NCBI GenBank assembly: GCA_008369845.1 | Contig: MRSU01010726.1 | Location: 1 to 64,000 of the forward strand | Length of the DNA stretch: 64,000 nt | Source: Trichomonas gallinae | Taxonomy: Eukaryota | Reading direction: 5' to 3' | In this document: positions 51,135 through 61,840 of the stretch, piece after piece | How positions within the stretch are numbered: position 1 is the stretch's first letter | How the letters are laid out: the number at the start of each line of letters is the position of its first letter | The notes under the pieces: generated by a model | Told to the model about the DNA's origin: nothing | What the model saw: only the letters and a program-made list of their open reading frames with translations | The model's database searches: none | Made by a program: the position numbers and the translations under genes

Positions 51135-53085
51135 ATGATGCAAGAAAAATATAATACTGTTAAATTTAACGATATTGTGTATTTTAGCATAGTAATACCT
51201 GCAGACAGCCTTCTTTATTTAATTCTTTTTGACAAAATCGAAGAGCTTGCTGCTGAAATTGGAAAGGAGAATTTTGACATCAATAAGGTAATAATGCAAA
51301 TATGGCTCAGAAAAATGCTTCTTGTTATTAAAACTCAAAGATGCTTCCATTTCAGAGCAAACACCTATTTATGCCGTCGAAGGAGGAAATAAAAACATTC
51401 TCATTGAATTGTTCAATCGCAATGGATTCGAAATTACAGATAAGCATTTTACTGCTGCATTGAAATATAATCACAATCATTACGATAATTAATTCGTCAT
51501 TTTCAATTGTATTTCATCAAACATATTTGTTTATCATTATATAAGAAATTCATGGATCATATTTGTTATTCATTAAAATAAAAAACTCATCAACTCCATT
51601 TGTTTGTCACTATTAAAATATATTTATCGATCCCATTTGTTCTTATATTTATTATATGACTCCTCTCACAACTGCAATTAAGATGAATTCACTGGAAATT
51701 GTTCATATATTTGTCATTATTATAGCAAATTCATTTACTGCATATGTCTATCTTTGTTATAAAGTATTCTCCAATCAAATTTGTTTATCATTATTATATA
51801 AATATCAACATTATTGCAAACAATCCTTCAATAACATTTCATTATCATTATTAGAATACATTAATCAATCGCATTTGTTCATCATTATTATAACATGTTC
51901 CTCGACTGTATTTGTTTATCACTCTTATAACTAATTCATCTGTCCCCTTTGTTTATCATTATTAGAAAACATTCATTATTTACATTCGTTTAGCTTGACT
52001 AGATGAATTTTATCACTGATATTTGTTCTTCATATTATTATATGACTCCTCTCTCAATATCTATTGAGATGAACTCACTTGAAATTGTTCAATATCTTGT
52101 CGAACATGGTACAGATGTAAACATGATAGAAATTTATCATATGCACCTGTTTATCATTTTGATCACGAATTCTTCAATCACACTTATTTATCATACTTAT
52201 ATGGAACTCATCAATCACATTTGTTTATCTGTTTTATAAGGAATTTATCATTCACATTTGTTTATCAATATTATAAGGAATTCATCAATCACATTCTTTT
52301 CTCATTATTTTTGCCAATTCATCGATTTCATTTGTTTATCATTATTAAACACAATTTATTAAACATATCTGTTTATCATTATTATACACAACTAATCAAT
52401 CACTAATGTACATCATTATAATAACGAAATCATTAATCATCTCCGTTTATCATTATTATATTGGATTCATCAATCAGATTTGTTTATTATTCATATCCAC
52501 TCTTTAATGCTGTCCCAAAAGCATCTCTTGAAATTATTCAATTCCTTGTTGAATATGATGCAGATGTCAACGCTGAAAATGCTCATCAATCATATTTATC
52601 TATCATTGTTTTAAGGAATTCATCAGTTGCTTATGCTTATCATTATGATAAGAAATTCATTAAGTGCGAATATTTTTCTTTATTATAAAAGATTTATCGC
52701 TATTAAATAATATATATCAATCACATTTGTTTATCTATATTATTTCCAATTTATCATTATAATAACATATTCGCCAGTCACATTTGTTTATCAATAAATT
52801 ATGGAATTTGTCAAAAATATTTGTTCATCATTATTATAAAAATTCGTCAATTGCAACTGTTAATCAATGCTATAATTGATTTATCAATATCATATGTTTA
52901 TTATCATTATAAGTAATCCACCAATCATATGTTATTCATTATGTTAAAAATATCATCAATCACATTTGTTCATCATTATATTAAACTACTCCTCTTTCAT
53001 TTGCTATTGAAATAGGAAGACCGATGGAAATTGTTCAATTCCTTGTTGAGCATGGTGCCAACGTCAATATGCAAGTATTTCATCA
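51135..53085 (+). pseudogene. Fragmented DUF3447/ankyrin-repeat gene with ankyrin units separated by minisatellite arrays
   Basis: DUF3447-like KYGSEKCFLLL...YAVEGGNKNILIEL...AALKYNHN (51298-51492). Ankyrin units start at 51656, 52042, 52491 and 52985, with frame changes between successive units. Pseudogene status assumes no splicing. Confidence 0.7.
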
Positions 53086-53230
53086 ATAACAATTGTTTAT
53101 CAATAATATAAATAATTCACCATTCACCATCGTGTATCAATATTAAAAGCAATTTATCCATCACATTTGTTTATCCTTATTATAAGGAATTCATTAACTT
53201 CATATGCTTATCATTATTATAAGAAATCAC
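51490..53230 (+). repeat. 37-bp minisatellite arrays, consensus ~AATTCATCAATCACATTTGTTTATCATTATTATAAGG
   Basis: Best-preserved consecutive units at ~52204-52300. Roughly 35-40 degenerate units in five blocks (estimated by eye). Confidence 0.88.
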
Positions 53231-54382
53231 TAAATTATTCAATTTTAGATTTAGCTAAGCGCATTGCTCCGGTACAATTTTCATATATACAATCAAAAAT
53301 AAATTGAATGTCATATTACAAGTGATTTCTGGGAAATGGCAATTAAAATTTCCCTATTATTCAGACTAATAAACTTAAGTTTAAACTCTTATTATTTCAA
53401 TGAGATATGTTTAACAATTATATTTTCCTTTTGCATTGAACAATTTCCCTCAAACCTTTGGCATATAATTAGACACCATATTATTCATCTATACTATAAC
53501 AAAGTCATAAAGATATTCATTAGCTTAAGAGTTAATGAGACAGTTCTGTTTTTTGACAAAAAAATTATCGAAACAATTCATTAACAAGTGTAGCTTATTA
53601 TAGATATCAATCATTTATTTTAATTTAATAGACAGCATGATGACCCATCATTCTATATTAAAGACTCACTAATAGTTCTGGAAAACATCATTTTAATGGT
53701 ATATATATTATTTAATTTCTTCATGCATAGAATTGGTGCAGCATGTTGTTGTAAACATGGAGGAATTAATCTTATGTCTATACATCCAAGTAACAACAAG
53801 ATCAAATCTGAGAAACTTTCCGTGAAAATAAGGTTCACCATATTGGTCTTAATAAATGATCGCGAATCTATAGGTTGAATAACAATCATAAATTGCTATT
53901 TATAGTGGTTACTGATTCTAACTTTCAATCACTGCATCAATTTAATTGATTCCAAAATATGATCTGAAATCAAAATCGTGAATAAATGATTTGTGATCGA
54001 AAATTGTAAAACTAGTGTAAAATGATATGCAATGGAAAAGTCGACACGATCAAACACACAACGAAAAAAATTTTCGTGAAATATTTCTCGATTAATACAT
54101 ATTAAAAAGCTCAAAAAATGAAATATATGATTTTGAAGACGTCCAATGATCAAATTAAAAAAAAATTATAAAAACATAAATAAAAGGTTAATCACTCATG
54201 GAATAGATAGCTGTGGCTGTATAAAGAGAAATGAAACAGTTGTTGCGATCAGATTCACAAGTTTTGAAAAATATTTTAAACATCGAAAATTTTCGATGTA
54301 TCTCGGGTTAATAATGGTAGATCTGTTGTTTTATTAAAAAAATGAAATATGGTCGGAGACTTCACTTCACTTTAGAAAAGGA

Positions 54383-55033
54383 ATGTCTGACGCAATCCCA
54401 CAGGAATACTTAGATCTCCACGAGAAGCGCCTCCAGGAGGTCCTCCAGTACTATGAAAAGGGAGAATGGAAATTATCAAAGGAAGAACCAACAATCAAAT
54501 TCTACACAGCTACATACCCAGGCAGCTCATTCTCAATGGTAAAGTCTGTCGTTTCCATTGCAGGAAAGCACGATGAAACAGTCAAGATCCTAAACACCGT
54601 TGGGAAGATCGATGAAAAGACACCAAAGGAAGTTGCTGATGGCACAAAGCTCAGAGAGATCTTCGGCGGTGAAGAGGGTGGTGCCCGCTACATTTACATG
54701 GTCCTCGATTCTGGCTCTCGTCTTGTTTCTAACAGAGAATTCCTTGTTGTCAGAAAGCGCTACGATATTGACACAAAGATCATCTGGCTTTGCGTTTCTG
54801 TCGACAACACAACAATCAGACCAGTCGGAAAGGGCAATGTTCGTGGCAACATGACATTCCAGGCCTACATCCTTGAAAAGGATCCAGATAATGAGGGTGC
54901 TGATCGCCTTACATTCATCGTTCATGCTGACCCATGCGGCTCAATCCCAGCTATGGTTTACAACTCTGTTGCTGTTAACCAAGGAAACGGTGCTCGTAAG
55001 ATCCGTGATGAAGTTCTTGGCGAGAAGAAATAA
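54383..55033 (+). CDS. START-domain lipid-binding protein
   Basis: W in the N-terminal region, VSNREFLVVR, VRG and HADPCGSIPAMVYN. Biased codon usage. Inr TCACT twice upstream. Confidence 0.85.
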   Translation: MSDAIPQEYLDLHEKRLQEVLQYYEKGEWKLSKEEPTIKFYTATYPGSSFSMVKSVVSIAGKHDETVKILNTVGKIDEKTPKEVADGTKLREIFGGEEGGARYIYMVLDSGSRLVSNREFLVVRKRYDIDTKIIWLCVSVDNTTIRPVGKGNVRGNMTFQAYILEKDPDNEGADRLTFIVHADPCGSIPAMVYNSVAVNQGNGARKIRDEVLGEKK

Positions 55034-55339
55034 ATCTTTTTCCCTTTTTGAATGAATTCTTCGCATATTTATAATTTTCGAAAAAAATAATCAGAAATAT
55101 GTCTATTTCCAAACTATGATATGAATATATATGTTGTATGGTAATAAAATTTATATGTTAAAGTGTTGAAATCGCAAAATAAAATTATTTGATAATTAAA
55201 AACTAGGAATTTAACAATGTTAATGCGACAAATTAAATATATATTAGCGTCTTAATGCAAATATATGATTAAAAGTTGTTTTGTTTTAAAAAAGTGAATA
55301 ACCTCAAAAAAGTGACTGTTAAATACTGACTTCATTCCA

Positions 55340-56020
55340 ATGACTGAAGAAATTCTCAAATCTTTACAACTTCAGCAGCAATGTAACGCATTCAGCGCTG
55401 ATATGACTTTATTTACGAAATTTCGTAATTATATACAAGGAGGAAATACTTTTGTTAAAGAATGGCCTAGATTTAAACAAAGTAAGGGTAATACTAATTT
55501 TGAATGCCAAGATCTAAATCTATTAATCGATGTGTTATCTAAATTATATGAAAAAACTTTAGATGTTCCAATTACAGTAGATTTGTTAAAGAAATACATT
55601 AAAATATCAGAAGTACCTGCAAAACCAAATCAAAGTTCAAATGCAGCTCCAGCACAGACAAAAGATGCAGCTAAACAAACACAAAATCGAGCTCAAACAA
55701 ATATAAAAACTAATGGAATCGGAAATATCAACCAACAGATACAACAACCAAAGAGAGAGCAAGTAGAACAACAGCCTGCTGAACCAGTACAACAACCTGC
55801 TCCACCAAAAAGAGTTAGAAAAATTCAAAAAGCGCCAGAGCCTATTGTCTTAGACCAAGCTCAATCAACGGTACCAGATATTCCATATGTAATAGAGAAT
55901 GGTGTTCTTAAATTGTTGAATAAAGAGATTTCTGACCAACTCAAGGTTCAGATATCCAAGGTTCTTGGTGTATCACCTTCCATGGGCTTCTGTTCGGTTC
56001 GTTTTGATCTGAAACAATAA
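55340..56020 (+). CDS. Hypothetical protein with a Q/P-rich linker
   Basis: 226-aa ORF with Inr TCATT immediately upstream. Confidence 0.7.
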   Translation: MTEEILKSLQLQQQCNAFSADMTLFTKFRNYIQGGNTFVKEWPRFKQSKGNTNFECQDLNLLIDVLSKLYEKTLDVPITVDLLKKYIKISEVPAKPNQSSNAAPAQTKDAAKQTQNRAQTNIKTNGIGNINQQIQQPKREQVEQQPAEPVQQPAPPKRVRKIQKAPEPIVLDQAQSTVPDIPYVIENGVLKLLNKEISDQLKVQISKVLGVSPSMGFCSVRFDLKQ

Positions 56021-56661
56021 AAAAATATTATTAACACTAGAGTGAAAATCAAATAATTAGCAAAATGATCATTTTACTCATTTATTCGATTATATAATAT
56101 CAGATTTATATTATTACATTAAATTAAAAGAATATTTTAATACTTGAAAATAATTTTTTTTCGTTTTTAGACAAGATATGATTGTTGCAAGCATTAAAAT
56201 GTCAATGAAATTGTTGATAATGATCATTGGATTAGATTTCTAAATTATTATAATTTTAGGAAATTACAATCTTTTTAAAGAAAAATCAATGACAACAATG
56301 ATCAATTTCTTTATGGTTTTACATGCATTTGATGAAAACTTTAGAATTGAAAAATTCAATATATTGGGGTTTATAGTCATCACCGTTTTTATTGGAATCA
56401 CCATGACTTTATTCGAATAAGTTCATTATTCCAAATTCGACTTAATTCCAAATTATAGCACTATTCCAAATTCACTTTATTCGCGTTTTTATTTTTAGGC
56501 GAGTTCTGAGGTACGTAAAATAAAAATAATAATTGTTTGAAAACGTTGACCAATTAATTAAGCTACTATGCTATAATTTGTTTTTGTATTGAATTGCTCA
56601 AATAAATGTATTGTTATGATGAATCGAATTGAAACAGGTAAATCATGTCTACAATCTATGC

Positions 56662-57321
56662 TCATTTTGTGTTTTTCTTTTTGCGTTTAAGATCTTTAAT
56701 ATAGTTGGAAATTGCATCAATTGCTGGATCTGGAAGCTGTGTGAGATCAAGACTCAAATCATCCTTTTGTGTATCGACTTGAACACCACTCTGTGCAAGA
56801 ATTTGTAAAACATGAAGAATTTCAGCACTTGAATTAAATTGTCCGTTATCAACAATATCTTTGAGATCGACAGAAGGATTTTTCTTGGTAAAGTCGTATT
56901 TCGAGTAATATCTCATTAAGACATCCGGTGAGTTTATTAAGTGTTTGGTAATTGATTCGTAATATTTTGTAATTGCTTGACTCCATTCAGCAGAATTTGC
57001 ATACCCTAAGGCAAGAAGCTGCTTTACAAATATTTTTGATAGAAATCTCGCGATATCAGCAATAAACGATAATTCTCCATTATATTCAATTGAATTGGAC
57101 CAAACAAGCCGTATATCTGCTATCCAATCCTCAATTCTATTATATTCTTGATTGATTAGCCTCTCTCTTATTGTTCCTAAATCTTGTGGATTCTTAATCA
57201 CTTGAAAATAGTCTGGAGCACCATCACGGGCGGGATCAATGGGCCGTGAGAACATTTTGCTTAACGGATGGCTCATCAGTAAGTCAGTTATTCGTAAGCA
57301 TTCTCTAAATTTATCATTCAT
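56662..57321 (-). CDS. Bromodomain protein
   Basis: FSRPIDP..DGAPDYFQVIKNPQDLGTI...Y...DIRLVWSNSIEYN, with an ET-like C-terminus. Confidence 0.92.
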   Translation of the reverse strand: MNDKFRECLRITDLLMSHPLSKMFSRPIDPARDGAPDYFQVIKNPQDLGTIRERLINQEYNRIEDWIADIRLVWSNSIEYNGELSFIADIARFLSKIFVKQLLALGYANSAEWSQAITKYYESITKHLINSPDVLMRYYSKYDFTKKNPSVDLKDIVDNGQFNSSAEILHVLQILAQSGVQVDTQKDDLSLDLTQLPDPAIDAISNYIKDLKRKKKNTK

Positions 57322-57658
57322 TACCAAAGATTTTAGGAACCAAAAGTGTCGTGACAGATTTTTTAGAAAAGTGTAAAAAATTATTTTACATGTCAAAAAA
57401 ATTACAATTGTTTAATCCATAGTATTACATTGCATTATGATAATTCTGCATTTAATAAATGCATCATTACAACAATTTTGGCATTCTACTGCAACTACAC
57501 TTGATGAATTAATTAAAATTTCTAAAATGAAAATTATTCTGATATTTTGTATGTGTTTTCTAATTGTTATTTGTTTTATCCCTTAAAATGAATAAATAAC
57601 TTATATTCAGGTGGATTCTTCTATAATTAATTCAAAATTAAAATATTATATTCTGTTC

Positions 57659-58216
57659 TTATCTGAGAGCATTGTACACAATGTAGTATATCCACAAAAT
57701 GAATATTGAAGGATGCTCACGTAAAAATATGTTGACATATCCAGCAATAGGCAAAACACCAATTATTTCAGAATCAATGTTAGATGTGTTCCAAAAATCT
57801 TGTGAGTATAGCCAAATGTCAGTCTTATTGTTGTTATCACCCTTTGATAAAAAAATTGAAATAGTTTCATTTTGGTGGAATTCTATTTTGCGATGCACGA
57901 TTTGTGGGACTGAGTCATTCAAAAAATAGATAACTATGTTGCCATTATCAGTCAGCATTGATGATTTTCCTTTTGCTAAAATAAAATCTCCTCTTTGAAA
58001 AACAGGCATCATTGATCCAGAAAGAACAGCTGATATTGGGTTGTTGCAATTCATTATAAGACACATTATATTGAAATATAACAATGGTCGCACAATTAAA
58101 TCAGCTAAATGAGCAAACCTGAAAAAGATACCCACCATTCCTATATCAGATCTACCGAAAAACATCTTCTTCAGCATAGCGTCCATTTCAGGATCATAAT
58201 ATCCTCTCTGCAGCAT
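57659..58216 (-). CDS. SEC11: Signal peptidase complex catalytic subunit (S26B)
   Basis: VLSGSMMPVFQRGD, IVHR and SKGDNN..D. Confidence 0.85.
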   Translation of the reverse strand: MLQRGYYDPEMDAMLKKMFFGRSDIGMVGIFFRFAHLADLIVRPLLYFNIMCLIMNCNNPISAVLSGSMMPVFQRGDFILAKGKSSMLTDNGNIVIYFLNDSVPQIVHRKIEFHQNETISIFLSKGDNNNKTDIWLYSQDFWNTSNIDSEIIGVLPIAGYVNIFLREHPSIFILWIYYIVYNALR

Positions 58217-58220
58217 TTTG

Positions 58221-58393
58221 AAAAGTGACAAAAATTCAAAAAGTGTCAAAGATTTGAAATCTAAAAGTTTAAATGTTCAAAAGTACCAAAGAGCTGAAAT
58301 CAAAAAGTGACAGAATTCGAAAAGTGTCAAAGCATTGGAATTGAAAAGTGATATATTAAAAAGTGTCAATGTTTGAAAATTCTAAAAGTGACA
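58221..58393 (+). promoter_or_regulatory. Cluster of AAAAGTGWC (M2/Inr-complement) motifs between divergent genes
   Basis: Copies or variants near 58221, 58239, 58279, 58303, 58320, 58344, 58359 and 58384. Confidence 0.55.
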
Positions 58394-58507
58394 ATGTTGG
58401 CACTTTTAGAAGACGTTTATTATTTCCAAAACTATTTTTTATTTAAGATACAAATACATCTGCTTATAATGAGTTTATTTTTAATGAAATTATCATTTTT
58501 CGAAGTG

Positions 58508-60181
58508 ATGACAGATGATCCGCATCTTGCAGGCATCCAAGCATCGCTTTTGGAAAAAGATAAAAAGCTCAGATCATTAAAAGAACAATTAGCATCACTT
58601 ACTGAAGAGTTCGAAGCAAATTGGAATCAAATTGCGGAGAAAGATAATCAAATTGCACAATTACAAAACCAAATTGCCACAGCTAAGGCTGAATTTGAAG
58701 CTCAACAGTCTGCTGTAGAATCCTCAAACTATCTTCTTCAACAAGCAAGCCAAAGATTAACGAATTTAACTTCAAAAGTTACATCGATACAAGAAAACAT
58801 CCACAACCTTCAAATCGAGATCAACAAATACGATTTTCAGATCAAAAAACTAAATGAAACTCCCCTTCCCGTTCCAACAATTCCAATACAAGATGATGAA
58901 CTCACAGAGCTGCAAGAACAGGTTAAAGACGCAGAACAAAGATTTTATCAGGTGAAATCTTTAGTGCAACAAGTTGGACAAGAATGTAAAAATCAAATTT
59001 TACGATTAAATGAAGAAATCAGAACAGAAACAGATGAGCTGAACCGTGAATATGCGCAACTACAACAGAAGAATGTTCAACTTACAGAATCGATTAGAGA
59101 AGTTGAAAATCAAAGAAAAATGGAATTAGCACGAATTGATGAAGAAAGGAAACAATTAGAGAAGTCTAAAGTTCCAACAGAACAATATGAAAAACAAATT
59201 TCCCAGTTAAAGAAAGAAATTCATGAATTGGATTTGCAAATCATTCAATTAGAAGCAAATATCGAAAACGAAGAGAAAGCAGAGAAAATGAGACAAGAGA
59301 CAGCAGAAAAACTGCAACAGCAAATTGACGAAAAAAGAGCAGCATCAGCAGAATCAATCAAACAATCAAAGGCAATTCTTGCGACTCAAAGCAAAGAATT
59401 ACACAAGCTGAAATCGTTGATCGAGAAGCAGAATGAGACAAACGAAAGGCTTAAAGCAGAATTAGACGCGTTACAAAGAGGTGAAGCGCAAAAACCTGAT
59501 TTCGAATTAATTTTCGCTCAAGACAAAGCAGAAATTCAGCGCCGCTTTGAAGCAGCAATGCGCAAAGAGCAGAAAGCACAGGAGAAGATTGCAGCTCAGC
59601 AGAGAGAAGTGGAGGCGCAGATAAACAAGAAGAAGCAAGTCATTTCACAGTACAACCAAATGATCAACGAATGTTTGCAGGAAGCACGCAAAAAAGCTCA
59701 GCTTGCTCACGAAAGAAAGCAGAAATGCAAATTGCTGACACTGCAACTTAAACAGCTCCAAGGTGAGTATGAAGCCATGCAAAGTAAAGCCGCGCAAGAA
59801 GTTGTTAGACAGAAAACTCCGCCAGTTTCTCCAGTCGCTGAAAAGAAAATTTCGAAAATTGCTTCAAGAAAACCGGCAAAAGAGCAGAGGCCACCGAAGA
59901 AGCCAGTAGATCTCAGCGAAGTGGAGCAGTTATCCAATGAATTAGATAAATATGAAAAAGAATTAACATCATCACAAGCAGAAATGGAAGCATTAAAGAA
60001 AGAAGAGGAATCCATTTATAAAGATATGGCTCGTCTTCGTGCTGAGAATGCTAAACTTGAAGAAGGACTCAAGAGTTACGATGAAGTTTTCCAATATCAC
60101 AAATTATTAAAGCAAGAATCTCTTGCTTTTTCAGTTAGTAACGATAAGCCGCAGAAATCTCAGTCTGGTAAGAAGAAATAA
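58508..60181 (+). CDS. Long coiled-coil protein
   Basis: Continuous E/Q/K heptads. Likely ATG at 58508, preceded by TCATT. Confidence 0.8.
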   Translation: MTDDPHLAGIQASLLEKDKKLRSLKEQLASLTEEFEANWNQIAEKDNQIAQLQNQIATAKAEFEAQQSAVESSNYLLQQASQRLTNLTSKVTSIQENIHNLQIEINKYDFQIKKLNETPLPVPTIPIQDDELTELQEQVKDAEQRFYQVKSLVQQVGQECKNQILRLNEEIRTETDELNREYAQLQQKNVQLTESIREVENQRKMELARIDEERKQLEKSKVPTEQYEKQISQLKKEIHELDLQIIQLEANIENEEKAEKMRQETAEKLQQQIDEKRAASAESIKQSKAILATQSKELHKLKSLIEKQNETNERLKAELDALQRGEAQKPDFELIFAQDKAEIQRRFEAAMRKEQKAQEKIAAQQREVEAQINKKKQVISQYNQMINECLQEARKKAQLAHERKQKCKLLTLQLKQLQGEYEAMQSKAAQEVVRQKTPPVSPVAEKKISKIASRKPAKEQRPPKKPVDLSEVEQLSNELDKYEKELTSSQAEMEALKKEEESIYKDMARLRAENAKLEEGLKSYDEVFQYHKLLKQESLAFSVSNDKPQKSQSGKKK

Positions 60182-60559
60182 TCTAAATGTATTGTTTGTA
60201 TTATAAAAATGGAAATCAATTTTTCACAATGAGTAGCAAAATTAAGTAATAGGATTTCATTATAGATCAGAAAATATATTTAATTCTGCTGTGAATATGA
60301 TCGCAGATTCAAGATATTTTGGCAAAACACGCGACTGTTAATTAAAACTCAAACATCATTTGACAGCACATTAAATCAAAACATATCATTATATGTTTAA
60401 GACAATGGCTCTAAATTCCAATATTTGATAAATATATTAGACAAATTTACTACTTAATGAATAAAATGATATGAGCTCTGTGTATTAATAATTTGATGAG
60501 ATTTCATGACCTATACTACATTGTATATATCAAAATAAAGTGTGAAAATAATAAATTTA

Positions 60560-60960
60560 AAATTTTTTAGAGAAAATGAGATATTTGTGCTTTATGTTCT
60601 ATATATGTGCAGTATTACAGGATTTGCAAGGATAATTATACCGATGTCAAATGAATTTTACCGAAGATACACATTTTTCCGAAAATTTTCCCTATCTTCT
60701 TATTATTTTCCGAAACAAGAGTCGGATACCAAAATTGTTTTACTTTTGGCAAGTTGTCTATATATTGAATTAGAAAATGAACAAATTCAAATATTCGTGC
60801 TTTATTTTCTATATATCTGCAGCATAAGGGGTGTTCACAGATTATTATACTTAAAATTATTTAGAATGAGAAAATTCAAAATATTTTTTAGTAAAAATAA
60901 GATATTTGTGCTTTATTTTCCATATATGGGCAGTACAAAGCGATTCACAGAGATTATTCG
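60560..60960. repeat. Three copies of a ~60-80-bp repeat
   Basis: atatt.gtgctttat.ttc.atatat..gcag.a at 60581, 60791 and 60902. Confidence 0.75.
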
Positions 60961-61336
60961 CATCGACAAATAATGTTTTCCAATTCGATGAGAAAAAAAA
61001 ATTCACATTGAAATGGTTTAATTCAAAATCTATCTTTATGAAATAACAGTGAAAATCAACTATAGTAAAGATATATAACGCAATGAACTTAAAATTAGTA
61101 AGATTAGATGATGAATTAAAAAATTGATTAAAATTTTGCTGTTTCTCGTCTTATTTCTTTTGCAAAGCTCCAACTTTGTCATATTTATATAGTATTGCGG
61201 GGCTATTTATGGGTAATGACTAATTTTTGGTGAAATATTGAATTCTAATTTTTGATTTTGTGGAAATTTATAGATAATATACATATAATATTATAGATTA
61301 GTTTGTGTAGGTTGTGTATTCATCATCATGTGTGGA

Positions 61337-61840
61337 TTATAATGGGTATTCACTGGGGTAGAAAAAAAAGTTTTGTGAATCGAAGAGAAACTGCTGAGGA
61401 TTGTAGTCAAACTGAGGTTCAGCTGGAGCAATATACTGTGGCATCTGAATTTGCTTGTCATTCTCAAGTTTCCTTTTGATCACGTTCCATCTGTTCTTAA
61501 TCTGGGTATCAGTCCTTCCTGCAAAGTGCTTTGCAATCTTTACCCATCTTTGTCCATACTTCTGTTGAAGCTGAATCAATTTATTGTCTTCTTCCTCGGT
61601 GAATGGACCATGATTCAACTTTGGTGAGAGATAATAGAACCATCTATCATGGCATTGGCGGGAGTTCTTTGTTCTTAACATCTTGGCAATGGTTACCCAG
61701 TCACTATCGCCATATCTTTTGACGAGATTTTGTAAAGCCGCGTCTTCGCTCATAGAGAACTTGTTCTTAACTCTACGCATTGGTGGAATGACCATCTGCT
61801 TCTGTGTGATAGTCTGCTGCTCTGTTTGTTGCTGCTGCAT
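61337..61840 (-). CDS. R2R3 Myb DNA-binding protein
   Basis: KFSMSEDAAL...WVTIA...NSRQCHDRWFYYLSP and FTEEEDNKL...WVKIA...RTDTQIKNRW. Confidence 0.93.
   Translation of the reverse strand: MQQQQTEQQTITQKQMVIPPMRRVKNKFSMSEDAALQNLVKRYGDSDWVTIAKMLRTKNSRQCHDRWFYYLSPKLNHGPFTEEEDNKLIQLQQKYGQRWVKIAKHFAGRTDTQIKNRWNVIKRKLENDKQIQMPQYIAPAEPQFDYNPQQFLFDSQNFFFYPSEYPL

Noticed and set aside
51490..53230. CRISPR array (37-bp repeats)
   Set aside because: The units are head-to-tail and degenerate with no unique spacers between them. There are no cas genes and the context is eukaryotic.
53336..54337. Several 60-80-aa ORFs
   Set aside because: AT-rich chance ORFs with no recognisable domain.
60542..60973. 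143-aa ORF
   Set aside because: Non-ATG start, composed of an AT-rich DNA repeat, with F/I/K/Y-biased composition.
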